From Candidatus Peregrinibacteria bacterium (GTDB taxonomy: Bacteria > Patescibacteriota > Gracilibacteria > UBA1369): DNA of 64,000 bases. Below the pieces are notes generated by a model. That model searched no databases. It was not told the origin of the DNA and saw nothing but the letters and a program-made list of their open reading frames with translations. Made by a program: the position numbers and the translations under genes. Positions 46,857 through 56,045 of this stretch are shown here, piece by piece (the stretch's first letter is position 1; each line of letters begins with the position of its first letter). Location: assembly GCA_963708185.1 (NCBI GenBank), contig OY970195.1, positions 608,001 to 672,000 of the forward strand. The letters are read 5' to 3'.

Positions 46857-47714
46857 CTAAACGGCAACTTCAAACTTGATGAAAGGATGATGTTGGTAGT
46901 TTTCCAGTGTAAAGTCTTCATACTTGAGGTCCCAGAAAGGTTTCTTGGCGATTTTCAATGTGGGCAAAGGAAATTCGGTTCTTTCCAGCTGCTTCTTCAT
47001 GCCTTCAATGTGGTTTAGATAAATGTGAGTGTCCCCCATGGTGTGAGTAAAAATTCCAGGTTGGAGGTTGCACTCCTGCGCAACCATCATGAGCAGCGCC
47101 GCGTAACTGGCGATATTGAAGGGTACTCCCAGGGCAACGTCGGCGCTGCGCTGGTAGAGTTGAAGATCCAGCCTTCCGTTTATCACGTAAAACTGGAAAA
47201 AAGCATGGCATGGCGGCAGTTTCATCCGGTCGATGTCCGCAACATTCCAGGCACTTACAATAATGCGACGTGAGTTGGGATTTTTTTTTATGGTGTCGAT
47301 GGCCTGCTGAATTTGATCAATATGGGTTTTGGTATACATTCCGGTTTCGCCGGCCCGGCCTTTGGTATCCGTGAATTGAAGAGCTTCGGATTTCATTGGT
47401 GTGAATTTTCCCCACTTTCTCCATTGATAGCCGTAGATCGGTCCAAGCTCGCCGTCGGGATCCGCCCAGGCGTTCCAGATCGGTGTGTACTCGGCAAGCT
47501 CATCGTTAATGTTGGTCGATCCGCGCAAAAACCACAACAGCTCCCTGAGGATGCCGTCGAAACGGACTTTTTTGGTTGTGAGTAAAGGGAAGCCGTCACG
47601 AAGATCGTATTTTCGCTGGGTTCCAAAAACCGAAATGGTGCCCACTCCCGTCCGGTCCTTTTTTTCCGCTCCGTTTTCGAGAATTTCACGCACTAAACTG
47701 TGGTACTGCTCCAT
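46857..47714 (-). CDS. thyA: Thymidylate synthase
   Basis: DRTGVGT, FPLLTTK, LPPCH, YQRSAD, PFNIASY, HIYLNH. Confidence 0.98.
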   Translation of the reverse strand: MEQYHSLVREILENGAEKKDRTGVGTISVFGTQRKYDLRDGFPLLTTKKVRFDGILRELLWFLRGSTNINDELAEYTPIWNAWADPDGELGPIYGYQWRKWGKFTPMKSEALQFTDTKGRAGETGMYTKTHIDQIQQAIDTIKKNPNSRRIIVSAWNVADIDRMKLPPCHAFFQFYVINGRLDLQLYQRSADVALGVPFNIASYAALLMMVAQECNLQPGIFTHTMGDTHIYLNHIEGMKKQLERTEFPLPTLKIAKKPFWDLKYEDFTLENYQHHPFIKFEVAV

Positions 47715-47823
47715 ATTCAAAACTTAAAAGCATCCGCATTGTATGGGAAATTTTTGCAAATGTAAATTTGGGGGTTTTATGGTATAATAATGAGATAATT
47801 TGATATTTTTAACTTGCCCCGAC

Positions 47824-48525
47824 ATGGACAATATGCACTCCGGCCAGGAATCAGAAAATTCCGAAGCGGCCGTTCCACAACACGAACATTCCGAATCAAC
47901 AATTGATCTTCAAGAAGAACTGGAAGAGGTTCTTGGAAAACTTTCCTACGGCGAACGTTCAGCGCTCGAACATTCCACATGGGAAGACTCCCGCAAAAAA
48001 TGGAAAGACGGTTTTCTGGATTTTCTCAAAAGAAACGAACTTCGGGGCAAAAACGCCGCGGTGAGCCTGCTCAAAGCTTACGTCAAAAACGTGAAAAAAA
48101 GTTACGAAGAAACCAGCTACAGCGAGGATCCTGAAACTAAAAAACTCTACAAGACCCAGCTGGCGATCGCCGAAAAGATGCTCGGCCTCTACTCTCCCGA
48201 AACAAAGAAAAATAAGGAGCTGAGCCATAAGGAAAAGGTCAAAAGCATTTACAGCAAAGAAAACGTCCTCTTCACTCTGCGCAATATCCGCAGGCAGATC
48301 TTCGAGCTCGTCGGCCTGAAAGATCCATGGTTCGATTATTCCCAGCTTCAACAGGGAACGTCGGAACTTGAAGGGCAAATGGGAGGAAAAGGGCAAAATG
48401 CTTCGCAGCTGCCTGTTCCTCGCCAAAACGAAACTCCGCCAATGGCCAAGCCTTCGCAAGAGCCGGCAGTTCCCGAACATGCCCCTCCAGCTACTGACGA
48501 AGGCGGAGAAGAAAAAGCAGCCTGA
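47824..48525 (+). CDS. Hypothetical charged protein
   Basis: About 233-aa ORF with acidic N-terminus and EEKAA C-terminus; GGTATAAT upstream. Confidence 0.7.
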   Translation: MDNMHSGQESENSEAAVPQHEHSESTIDLQEELEEVLGKLSYGERSALEHSTWEDSRKKWKDGFLDFLKRNELRGKNAAVSLLKAYVKNVKKSYEETSYSEDPETKKLYKTQLAIAEKMLGLYSPETKKNKELSHKEKVKSIYSKENVLFTLRNIRRQIFELVGLKDPWFDYSQLQQGTSELEGQMGGKGQNASQLPVPRQNETPPMAKPSQEPAVPEHAPPATDEGGEEKAA

Positions 48526-48548
48526 ATCAGACGTGATATAATGGTTTC

Positions 48549-49457
48549 ATGAGTCCTGCGTTCGAACAGCAAAAAGAGGCCTTCAACCAAGCGCTTCAAC
48601 AAACGTACACTGCGTGTATTTTCGATATCGACGGCACGCTGACCGTCCGCGGTGACGAGTTTATCCCGGCATATCTGCAACCGAAACTTGCTGAGCTTTC
48701 GATGTCTGTTCCGATGGCCGTCTGTACCGCGAGGAGGCTCGATCATGCCCGTGAAAAACTTGCTCCGCTTTTTATCCACGCCGTGGATCCGCTCAAAAGC
48801 GAAAGCAACTGGGTGTTGATCTGCGAAAACGGAGCGATCGGTTATTTTTTTGACGCCCAACAGAAAAAGTATCTTGAACTTTACCGTGAAAAATATCCTT
48901 ATCCGGAACAGGTGAGAGTGGCGCTGTTCCAGCACCTCAACGAACGGCTCAAAGACAAACTCGGAGTTTCCTTCATGAACGTCGTCAGCATGATCTTCCG
49001 TCCTCCCTGGGAAGGTTTGCCCAGAGAAGAAATCGCAATAAAAAGCAGAGAGATCGCTCTTATCATCGCCCGGGAACTTCTTCCTTTCGACCCCAAGGGA
49101 CTGCTTGCCGTCGGCGATTCCGGCATCGGCGTGAATGTTTATCCGATGCAGAGCGATAAAGAACGCGGCATCGTCGAGTTTGCGAAACACATTGTCTCGA
49201 CCAGGGGGTTGAAAATTTCACAGGATGCCAAAGAAATCGTCGCGGTCGGAGACCAGCCTGGCCCGCTTGGAAACGACGAGCAGTTCTTGAACGGAAAGTT
49301 TGGAACGCCTTTTACCGTCGGCGAAACCCATCCACAGAACGTCCTGCCTTTACCCGTTTTTGACAACGACAAGATCCTGCAAGGCCCGGAGGCCACACTT
49401 TTTCTGCTCGATCGGCTCAATTTTCGTGAAGGTCTCGGCTTGAGGTCGAAAGCCTGA
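48549..49457 (+). CDS. HAD superfamily hydrolase (subfamily IIB-like)
   Basis: FDIDGTL, CTAR, ENGA, DKERG, VGDQ..GND. Confidence 0.88.
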   Translation: MSPAFEQQKEAFNQALQQTYTACIFDIDGTLTVRGDEFIPAYLQPKLAELSMSVPMAVCTARRLDHAREKLAPLFIHAVDPLKSESNWVLICENGAIGYFFDAQQKKYLELYREKYPYPEQVRVALFQHLNERLKDKLGVSFMNVVSMIFRPPWEGLPREEIAIKSREIALIIARELLPFDPKGLLAVGDSGIGVNVYPMQSDKERGIVEFAKHIVSTRGLKISQDAKEIVAVGDQPGPLGNDEQFLNGKFGTPFTVGETHPQNVLPLPVFDNDKILQGPEATLFLLDRLNFREGLGLRSKA

Positions 49458-49518
49458 ACAACTTGGCCTTTGGTATTTGGGGTTTTCGCCGTATGATATG
49501 TATAAATAACAATCTTCT

Positions 49519-50106
49519 ATGAATGAACCAACCGTAAAAAAAAATTCTTCCCAGCTCCGTCATCCCTATCAGCGGGTCGGGATTTTTATCGATACGCAAA
49601 ATCTCTACCATTCGGCGCGTTCTCTTTTTAACAGCAACGTCAATTACAAGAGTCTCGTTGACGGTGCCGTCGGCGAACGACGGCTCATCAGGGCTTTCGC
49701 CTACGTTATCAAGTCCGAAACAAACGATGAAAGTAAATTCTTTGAGGCGTTGACCGATCTCGGCATCGAAACCCGCGTCAAAGACCTCCAGATTTTTTAC
49801 AGCGGAGAGAAAAAGGCCGACTGGGACGTGGGGATCGCCATGGACATCGTGCGCCTGAGCGAAAAGATCGACACTGTTGTCCTGGTCAGCGGCGATGGTG
49901 ATTTTCTTGAAGTGCTGCGTTACGTGAAATCACGCGGCATACGGGCGGAACTGATGGCTTTCAAAAAAACCACTTCAGCGAAGCTCCTCGAAGAAGCCGA
50001 TGATTACATCGACCTCGGCGGATCCGGAGGAAAATTCCTCATACCGCTCGGTAAAACCGCGAGAATGAACCAGCGACGGCCTTCGACAAAATGGAACGCC
50101 CGTTAA
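49519..50106 (+). CDS. NYN (LabA/DUF88) domain protein
   Basis: IFIDTQNLYH, KKADWDVGIAMD, LVSGDGDF. Confidence 0.92.
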   Translation: MNEPTVKKNSSQLRHPYQRVGIFIDTQNLYHSARSLFNSNVNYKSLVDGAVGERRLIRAFAYVIKSETNDESKFFEALTDLGIETRVKDLQIFYSGEKKADWDVGIAMDIVRLSEKIDTVVLVSGDGDFLEVLRYVKSRGIRAELMAFKKTTSAKLLEEADDYIDLGGSGGKFLIPLGKTARMNQRRPSTKWNAR

Positions 50107-50136
50107 TGTGAACGCGTGCCCAAGCCTCAATCCGGT

Positions 50137-51021
50137 TTATTTCCGGCGTTTTTTGTTTGGTTTTTTGGAGTTTGATTTCTTGTAGAGATCGTTCAACGTC
50201 TTCTTCGGAACATGCTTGAGAATGTCACGGAGGCGCATGTCGACGGAAATCAGCAAGCCTGTCAGGATGGCGATGATGATCCAGAACCACCAAAAATAGT
50301 CCTGGCACACGTATCCGAACCAGAAATTGAATTCGTCGTTGAGGGTTTGTTCGACTTCAGCGGCTCCTTTGAGGATTTCGTTTCCTGAAGGTTTGGTCGG
50401 CGTCGGCGTGATCCACGGATTTTGACCATTGTTTTGAGGCTGTTCCTGAGGGTTTGTCTGCAGGACATTCCCCTGAAGTTCCTGGGTGTTTACTCCCGGA
50501 AGGGTCGGGGTTGGCGTTGGTGTTGGTGTTGGGGTTGGTGTTGGTGTTGGGGTTGGGGTTGGGGTTGGCGTTGGTGTTGGGGTTGGCGTCGGCGTCGGCG
50601 TGGTTTGCTGCGTCGGCTGTTGCGTTGCCCCAGGTGGAACAAATAAACCTGGAGGATAACTTCCGCCTGTTCCACCTCCCCCCCCTCCTCCTCCTCCTCC
50701 TGGTGGTGGTGGTGGCGGTGGTGGTGGTGGCGGTGGTGGCGGTGGTGGCGGGGTTGTGGGCGTACAGTCTCCGTATGCTTCCTGGATAAATCCCGTACAA
50801 AGTGAATAATCTGTACTGGATGATGTCCCGGGGACGCTGTCGCCAACGGCGCCGTGCAATCCGTAATCTGCTGAAGAACCTTTCGCCGCTGAGTTGGTAA
50901 GCGCGGTAAAATCCAGAGAATAGCTGGTACTTGTTCCGGCAACGGCCGACGCCGTCGAGATCGAACAGATCATTCCGACGACAAAGGCGAGCGGCAAACT
51001 CTTGTATAAGCTTTTGAACAT
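50137..51021 (-). CDS. Secreted stalked surface protein with poly-Pro/poly-Gly/(PT)n and C-terminal TM
   Basis: Signal peptide from MFKSLYK; TGCTATAAT upstream; SxxY..GF head; TM WWFWIIIAILTGLLI plus Lys-rich tail. Confidence 0.8.
   Translation of the reverse strand: MFKSLYKSLPLAFVVGMICSISTASAVAGTSTSYSLDFTALTNSAAKGSSADYGLHGAVGDSVPGTSSSTDYSLCTGFIQEAYGDCTPTTPPPPPPPPPPPPPPPPPGGGGGGGGGGTGGSYPPGLFVPPGATQQPTQQTTPTPTPTPTPTPTPTPTPTPTPTPTPTPTPTPTLPGVNTQELQGNVLQTNPQEQPQNNGQNPWITPTPTKPSGNEILKGAAEVEQTLNDEFNFWFGYVCQDYFWWFWIIIAILTGLLISVDMRLRDILKHVPKKTLNDLYKKSNSKKPNKKRRK
50505..50755 (-). repeat. Coding simple-sequence repeats: (Thr-Pro)n hexamers, poly-Gly and poly-Pro triplets
   Basis: Runs of ggtgtt/ggggtt/ggcgtt, cct and ggt/ggc on the plus strand. 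Confidence 0.9.
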
Positions 51022-51133
51022 ATTTTTTTGTTTTTTGTTTTTTCTTGTTATTATAGCATTTTTTTTACTGTCCGTCACTCCCCTTTTTGATTCATTTTGT
51101 TATCATATATGGGCTACTTTTTGATGAAACTTT

Positions 51134-52084
51134 ATGGATGAACCACAAATCTACGATCTGATCATTATCGGTGCGGGCTGCGCGGGTGCAAGCGGAGCCA
51201 TGTACGCTTCCCGAATGAACCTTAAAACGCTCATGATCGCCGAACTCCCCGGAGGATTGATTACGACGACCCACCTGGTTGAAAACTGGCCGGGCATCAA
51301 AAGCATTACCGGACCCGACCTTGCTTCAGCACTTGTTGACCATGCGACATCGTTCGGTGTCCCTCTTGCTAACGAAAAGGTTACGGAGGTCACACGCATC
51401 AATGAGAACTCCCCGGAAGGCAAGCAGTCGGGGTACATCGTTAAAACGGCCTCACATACGTATAAAACGAAGACCGTCCTTTTCGCTACAGGTACGAAAT
51501 ACCGTAAAATGGGCGTCCCGGGCGAAGAAGAGTTCGCCAATAAAGGCGTTTCATACTGCGCTCTCTGCGACGGAGCCTTCTTCAAGGGAAAAACGGTTTG
51601 TGTGGTGGGAAGCGGCGATTCTGCCGCCAAGGAAGCACTGCTGCTTTCCGAGCACTGCCCTAAGGTTTATATCTTCATCCGCGGGGACAAACTGAAAGCC
51701 GAACCGGTCAACTTTGACCGTGTCATTGCGAAGGGCAGCGATAAAATCGAACTCCGCTACAAGACGCAGATTACAGAAATCACCGGCACGAAAAGCGTCG
51801 AAAAGGTTAAACTTGATAACGGGGAAGAACTTCAGATGCAAGGGGTTTTCGTCGCCATCGGGCACATCGCTCTTTCAGACATCGCCGGGAAACTCGGCGT
51901 CGCGCTGGATGCAAAAGGCGAAATCATCATCAACCGGAAGTCGGAAACCAACCTTCCGGGGGTTTACGCCGCTGGCGACGTCGCGGACACGGTCTTTAAA
52001 CAGGCTATTACCGGCGCGGCTGAGGCCGTTACCGCAGCGTATTTTGCTTTCGATTACATAGGCAAGACACCCATTGAATGCTAG
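51134..52084 (+). CDS. trxB: Thioredoxin reductase
   Basis: IIGAGCAG, GVSYCALCDG, GSGDSA, GVYAAGDV. Confidence 0.93.
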   Translation: MDEPQIYDLIIIGAGCAGASGAMYASRMNLKTLMIAELPGGLITTTHLVENWPGIKSITGPDLASALVDHATSFGVPLANEKVTEVTRINENSPEGKQSGYIVKTASHTYKTKTVLFATGTKYRKMGVPGEEEFANKGVSYCALCDGAFFKGKTVCVVGSGDSAAKEALLLSEHCPKVYIFIRGDKLKAEPVNFDRVIAKGSDKIELRYKTQITEITGTKSVEKVKLDNGEELQMQGVFVAIGHIALSDIAGKLGVALDAKGEIIINRKSETNLPGVYAAGDVADTVFKQAITGAAEAVTAAYFAFDYIGKTPIEC

Positions 52085-52769
52085 GAGTACAACGAGCGCC
52101 GGCCCGAAAAAAATCGCCCTTCGTTTCAGTACGTTGATATTGGCCACGCTTTTTTCTTCCTGCATCCTGGGGTTCAGGATTGTTTACGCGGGTCCGACGG
52201 GATACATTTTCCTGTTTTGGAATCTGTTCCTGGCGTGGGTCCCGTTTTTGTATGCACTGGCTGCGGAATATTTCCACCGCAAAAAAAGAAGCGTCGCGTG
52301 GTACTGGATCTTCATTTTCTTATGGCTGATGTTCTTCCCCAATGCGCCGTACATCATCACAGATTTTGTTCACGTCAGTCCATGGGCTTCGATCGGCGTT
52401 CCTTTATGGTTCGACGTTCTCATGATCGCCAGCTTCGCGGCGACCGGGCTCTTGCTCGGGCTTTGTTCGTTGAAAATCATTGAACGCATCACTGTGGAAC
52501 GTCTCGGTATTGTTTGGAGCTGGGTCTTTACGGTTATTGTCTCTCTACTTGCGGGATTCGGCGTGTACCTCGGCAGATATTTACGCTGGAACAGTTGGGA
52601 TCTCATCGTTTCCCCGAACGAACTTTTTCAGGATATCGGCGAAAGGGTCGTACAACCGATGGTTCACTCGTATACCTGGTTTGTTTCGGTCGTTTTCGGA
52701 GCGCTCATTATTTTTCTCTATCTTGGATTCAGCCGTTTTTGCGATTATCACAGAAGCCGGAGAGCCTAG
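52074..52769 (+). CDS. DUF1361 family membrane protein
   Basis: FLFWNLFLAWVP, FFPNAPYIITDFVH, GVYLGRYLRWNSWD. Confidence 0.85.
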   Translation: MNARSTTSAGPKKIALRFSTLILATLFSSCILGFRIVYAGPTGYIFLFWNLFLAWVPFLYALAAEYFHRKKRSVAWYWIFIFLWLMFFPNAPYIITDFVHVSPWASIGVPLWFDVLMIASFAATGLLLGLCSLKIIERITVERLGIVWSWVFTVIVSLLAGFGVYLGRYLRWNSWDLIVSPNELFQDIGERVVQPMVHSYTWFVSVVFGALIIFLYLGFSRFCDYHRSRRA

Positions 52770-54241
52770 CGCAGTTTTTCCAGAAACTCCACGAAAAGCC
52801 TGACGCCGAAACCCGTTCCCATCGGTGATTCGTACTGTTTGGGATCTTTCACGAACGCCGGGCCGGCAATATCAAGATGAGCCCACTTTGCGTTCCCGAC
52901 GAACTCTTCCAAAAAGGCGGCTCCTTTTGAAGCTCCCGCCGTGGACACTTCGTCCCAGTTGCGCAAATCAGCGATTTTGCTTTTCATTTTGGCGCGATGG
53001 TCGGGATGGATGGGCATGGGCCACGCGAACTCATCCGTACTTTCTCCCGCCTCCCGAAGTTTTTCGATCAGCGCAGCATCGTTGCCGAAGAGTCCGGCGT
53101 AGCGGCTCCCGAGGGCAACCATGCACGCGCCGGTGAGTGTGGCAACATCAATGACGTATCGTGGAGAGAATTTCTCTACGGCATAGCTGAGAGCATCGCA
53201 AAGTACCATCCTTCCTTCAGCGTCGGTATTGACGATTTCAACGGTTTTTCCGGAATAGGTCGTCACGATGTCCGACGGTTTCTGCGCCGACGGACCGATT
53301 AAATTGTCGGTCAACGGAAAAATCCCGATGACCTTCTGCTTGATTCCCAATTTTTTGAGCAGCAAAAACAGTCCTATGACAGTTCCGGCTCCGGCCATAT
53401 CGAGTTGCATGTCGGCCATGGAGTGTCCCGGTTTGAGGTTATATCCTCCGCTGTCGAAAATAATGCCCTTTCCGACGAAGGCGACCGGGCTCTTGTTCGA
53501 CATTCCTCTGGGCGAGTATTCCATGATCACCAGTTTTGCTCCGAACTCGCTTCCGCGATTGACGCCCAGTATTCCGAACATTCCCATTTTTTCGAGTTCG
53601 GTTTTCCCGATGACCTTGATGGAATATCCGTTTTTATCAGCGATCTTCCGGGCTTTTTTCGTGATGTATTCAACGTTTTTCAGCGACGGTCCGGCATTGA
53701 CGAGATCGCGGACCTCTCCGACCGCTTCGGCGATGGTAACTCCCTTTTTCACCGCAGAGTCAAACCTTGAATTTTTTTTCCGCACGACCAGGAAAACTTT
53801 TTTGATGTTCTGGTGGCCAAGATCTTCCTTCTCTTTGCCGGTTTTGAATTTGGCCAGGGTGTAATTCCCGAATGCCAGGCCTTCCCCGAGTTCCTGTCCG
53901 TGATCAATGATCTTCGTTGAACACCACAACGTCATTTCCCCTTTTTTGAGCGGACGGACGGATTTGACGATGAGGGCGGCAAGTTCACGGAGTTTTTGCG
54001 GAGTGAATTTTTTCATTTCACCGAGCCCGAACAAGACCACTTTCCCCGGCAACGTTTCGTCATCGGGAATGACGAGAAGGGTTTCACCTTCCCTACCCAG
54101 AAAATCTTTTTGTTTCTCGCGTTTCTTCAAAAAACTCTCCAAAATCTTCGGCGCGTTTGCGCTCAGTGAAGCCTCCTGAAACAGGGGGACGATCAAAACG
54201 CCCGTTTTTGGACGGACGGAATTTATAACGGATATTTCCAT
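52766..54241 (-). CDS. pepA: Leucyl aminopeptidase (M17)
   Basis: VGKGIIFDSGG, DMAGAG, NTDAEGR, WAHLDIAG. Confidence 0.96.
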   Translation of the reverse strand: MEISVINSVRPKTGVLIVPLFQEASLSANAPKILESFLKKREKQKDFLGREGETLLVIPDDETLPGKVVLFGLGEMKKFTPQKLRELAALIVKSVRPLKKGEMTLWCSTKIIDHGQELGEGLAFGNYTLAKFKTGKEKEDLGHQNIKKVFLVVRKKNSRFDSAVKKGVTIAEAVGEVRDLVNAGPSLKNVEYITKKARKIADKNGYSIKVIGKTELEKMGMFGILGVNRGSEFGAKLVIMEYSPRGMSNKSPVAFVGKGIIFDSGGYNLKPGHSMADMQLDMAGAGTVIGLFLLLKKLGIKQKVIGIFPLTDNLIGPSAQKPSDIVTTYSGKTVEIVNTDAEGRMVLCDALSYAVEKFSPRYVIDVATLTGACMVALGSRYAGLFGNDAALIEKLREAGESTDEFAWPMPIHPDHRAKMKSKIADLRNWDEVSTAGASKGAAFLEEFVGNAKWAHLDIAGPAFVKDPKQYESPMGTGFGVRLFVEFLEKLR

Positions 54242-54326
54242 GGCAACTCAATAAAAAAAATCTGCAGACATCTTAACAGAATTTTTTACGAAAACAAAAA
54301 TTTCCCCGTCCGTACGGCGCGGATTC

Positions 54327-54755
54327 TTATTGCTGGCTTTCCGATTTCGACAAGAACTTCTCGGCTTTCTTGAGAATGTCTTTTGCGGTCTGGAACGTGA
54401 CTTTCTCCAGAGCCGGCTCATAGGGAAGCCAGAGGTATCCTTTGTGTTCGAACGACAGCGTGACTTTCTTTTGCGTCGTTCTGGCCAAAAAGAAAATGAC
54501 GTTCTTGGACATCAGTTCCGCTCCCCGATGGTAGAAGTAATGGATTTTATGGCGGAATCCTTCGATCCAGACTATTTTTTTTATGCTCGTTTCCTCCTGG
54601 AGTTCCCGGTAAGCGGTTTCATGTTCGGATTCGTCTTTTTCGACGTGTCCTTTGGGGAAATCGAAATGCCCGCCCGGGTAATGCAGCAGCAGATACTCCC
54701 TTTCATCCTTGAGCTGACGGAAGATCACAATCCCGGCTGATGTTTCATGAATCAT
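54327..54755 (-). CDS. Nudix hydrolase, Ap4A hydrolase-like
   Basis: YLLLHY..GHFDFPKGHVE.DESEHETAYRELQEET; LSFEH. Confidence 0.88.
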   Translation of the reverse strand: MIHETSAGIVIFRQLKDEREYLLLHYPGGHFDFPKGHVEKDESEHETAYRELQEETSIKKIVWIEGFRHKIHYFYHRGAELMSKNVIFFLARTTQKKVTLSFEHKGYLWLPYEPALEKVTFQTAKDILKKAEKFLSKSESQQ

Positions 54756-54778
54756 ATGTTACATTATAGAAGCTCTTT

Positions 54779-55768
54779 TTGGATTTGACTATGTTGACTG
54801 GCCAGGAAACAGTTCGCCACATCTTCGACCGCTATCCGGAGGCGGTCCCCGTTCTGCATAAGTATGGCATAACCCTTGAAGCCGAGGAACATTTCCGTTT
54901 CAAAAATCTGGCACATGCCGCAATCGTTTTACGGATTCCGTTGAGGAAGATTCTCGACGAACTTTCTTCGGTCACCGGGGAACCGGTCCTCGAAGTGAAG
55001 GTCAAAGGCGTCGAAGCGATTCACAAACCCGGCGTCCGGACGGGGGGGCTGGAAAACATCAAAAGAATCATCGCCGTCCACAGCGGCAAGGGCGGGGTCG
55101 GAAAAACTTTCGTGGCCGTCAATTTGACGGCTTTTCTGGTGCAACAAGGCTTGAAAACCGGCTTGCTCGACGCCGACGTCGACTGCCCCAACGTTTTGCA
55201 TATGCTCAAATGCGAAGGAAAACTTGAAGCCAACGAAGACAAGCTCATCGTCCCTTTGGAAAAGTTCGGCATCAAGCTCGTATCGATGGCTCCCTTGCTG
55301 AACACCCGGGATGAAGCGCTTCTCTGGAGAGGACCGATCGTTTCAAGAGTCCTGGAGCAGTTTCTCTATGACGTTGCCTGGGGAGATCTGGACGTTCTGA
55401 TCGTGGATCTTCCGCCCGGGACTTCCGACATTCCACTGACGCTTTACCACATGCTGCCGAGAACGGAAGTTTTACTGGTAACAACACCTCATGAGCTCGG
55501 GCTGTTGGATGCCAAAAAGGCGGCTGCAATGGCAAAAAAGCTCCGCATCAAGATTCTCGGACTCATGGAAAACATGGGAGGGGATGTTTTCGGCAATGAA
55601 ACGAGTATTGATGTCGCGAAAACGCTCGGTGTCCCCTTTCTGGGATCCATAGGGCTTCATACCGCATATGCCCAGCTTTCCGCCGACGGCAGCCCTCACC
55701 TTTTTGACTCCAAAGAGCTGCAAAATCTTTATCAAAAGGCCTGGGAGCGGATCAAGAAGACGTCGTGA
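54779..55768 (+). CDS. mrp: Mrp/NBP35 (ApbC) family ATPase with N-terminal DUF1858-like domain
   Basis: SGKGGVGKT, DADVDCPN, WRGP, DLPPGTSD, ENM; start could be 54791. Confidence 0.85.
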   Translation: MDLTMLTGQETVRHIFDRYPEAVPVLHKYGITLEAEEHFRFKNLAHAAIVLRIPLRKILDELSSVTGEPVLEVKVKGVEAIHKPGVRTGGLENIKRIIAVHSGKGGVGKTFVAVNLTAFLVQQGLKTGLLDADVDCPNVLHMLKCEGKLEANEDKLIVPLEKFGIKLVSMAPLLNTRDEALLWRGPIVSRVLEQFLYDVAWGDLDVLIVDLPPGTSDIPLTLYHMLPRTEVLLVTTPHELGLLDAKKAAAMAKKLRIKILGLMENMGGDVFGNETSIDVAKTLGVPFLGSIGLHTAYAQLSADGSPHLFDSKELQNLYQKAWERIKKTS

Positions 55769-55807
55769 TTGCATTTTTTCGGGCATTGAGTAGAATACAT
55801 CGTGCCC

Positions 55808-55894
55808 GCGCGAGTGGCGAAACTGGCAGACGCGCTACCTTCAGGAGGTAGTGGCCGCAAGGTCGTGGAGGTTCAAGTCCTCTCTCGCGCACCA
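55808..55894 (+). tRNA. tRNA-Leu(CAG)
   Basis: GCGCGAG/CTCGCGC acceptor stem, CTACC-TTCAGGA-GGTAG anticodon arm, long variable arm, GGTTCAAGTCC, CCA. Confidence 0.95.
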
Positions 55895-55929
55895 GGATCA
55901 TACCCTTCTTCACGAAAGGTTTTTTGCTG

Positions 55930-56042
55930 TTGACTTTTTTCCTGTTCTAAATACAATAGTGTTGCACTCTATAATGCAATATTGTTGCATTGCTCGTAGA
56001 GAGGGTTAGGTAACAACTTCGATTATAGAGTGCTTTTCTTTT
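55930..56042 (+). promoter_or_regulatory. Promoter plus palindromic operator and structured leader with U-tract
   Basis: TTGACT-16 nt-TACAAT; AATGCAA-TATTG-TTGCATT at 55973-55991; 12-bp stem GCACTCTATAAT/ATTATAGAGTGC followed by TTTTCTTTT. Confidence 0.55.
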
Positions 56043-56045
56043 CCC

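Noticed and set aside
48348-49190. Long antisense ORFs (also 14006-14740, 18752-19603, 36398-37306, 7067-7858, 30726-31493)
   Set aside because: They are shadows of well-supported genes on the other strand and have no motifs of their own
49519-50106. NYN protein as part of a toxin-antitoxin or defence system
   Set aside because: It is a standalone LabA/DUF88 type with no antitoxin or defence neighbour
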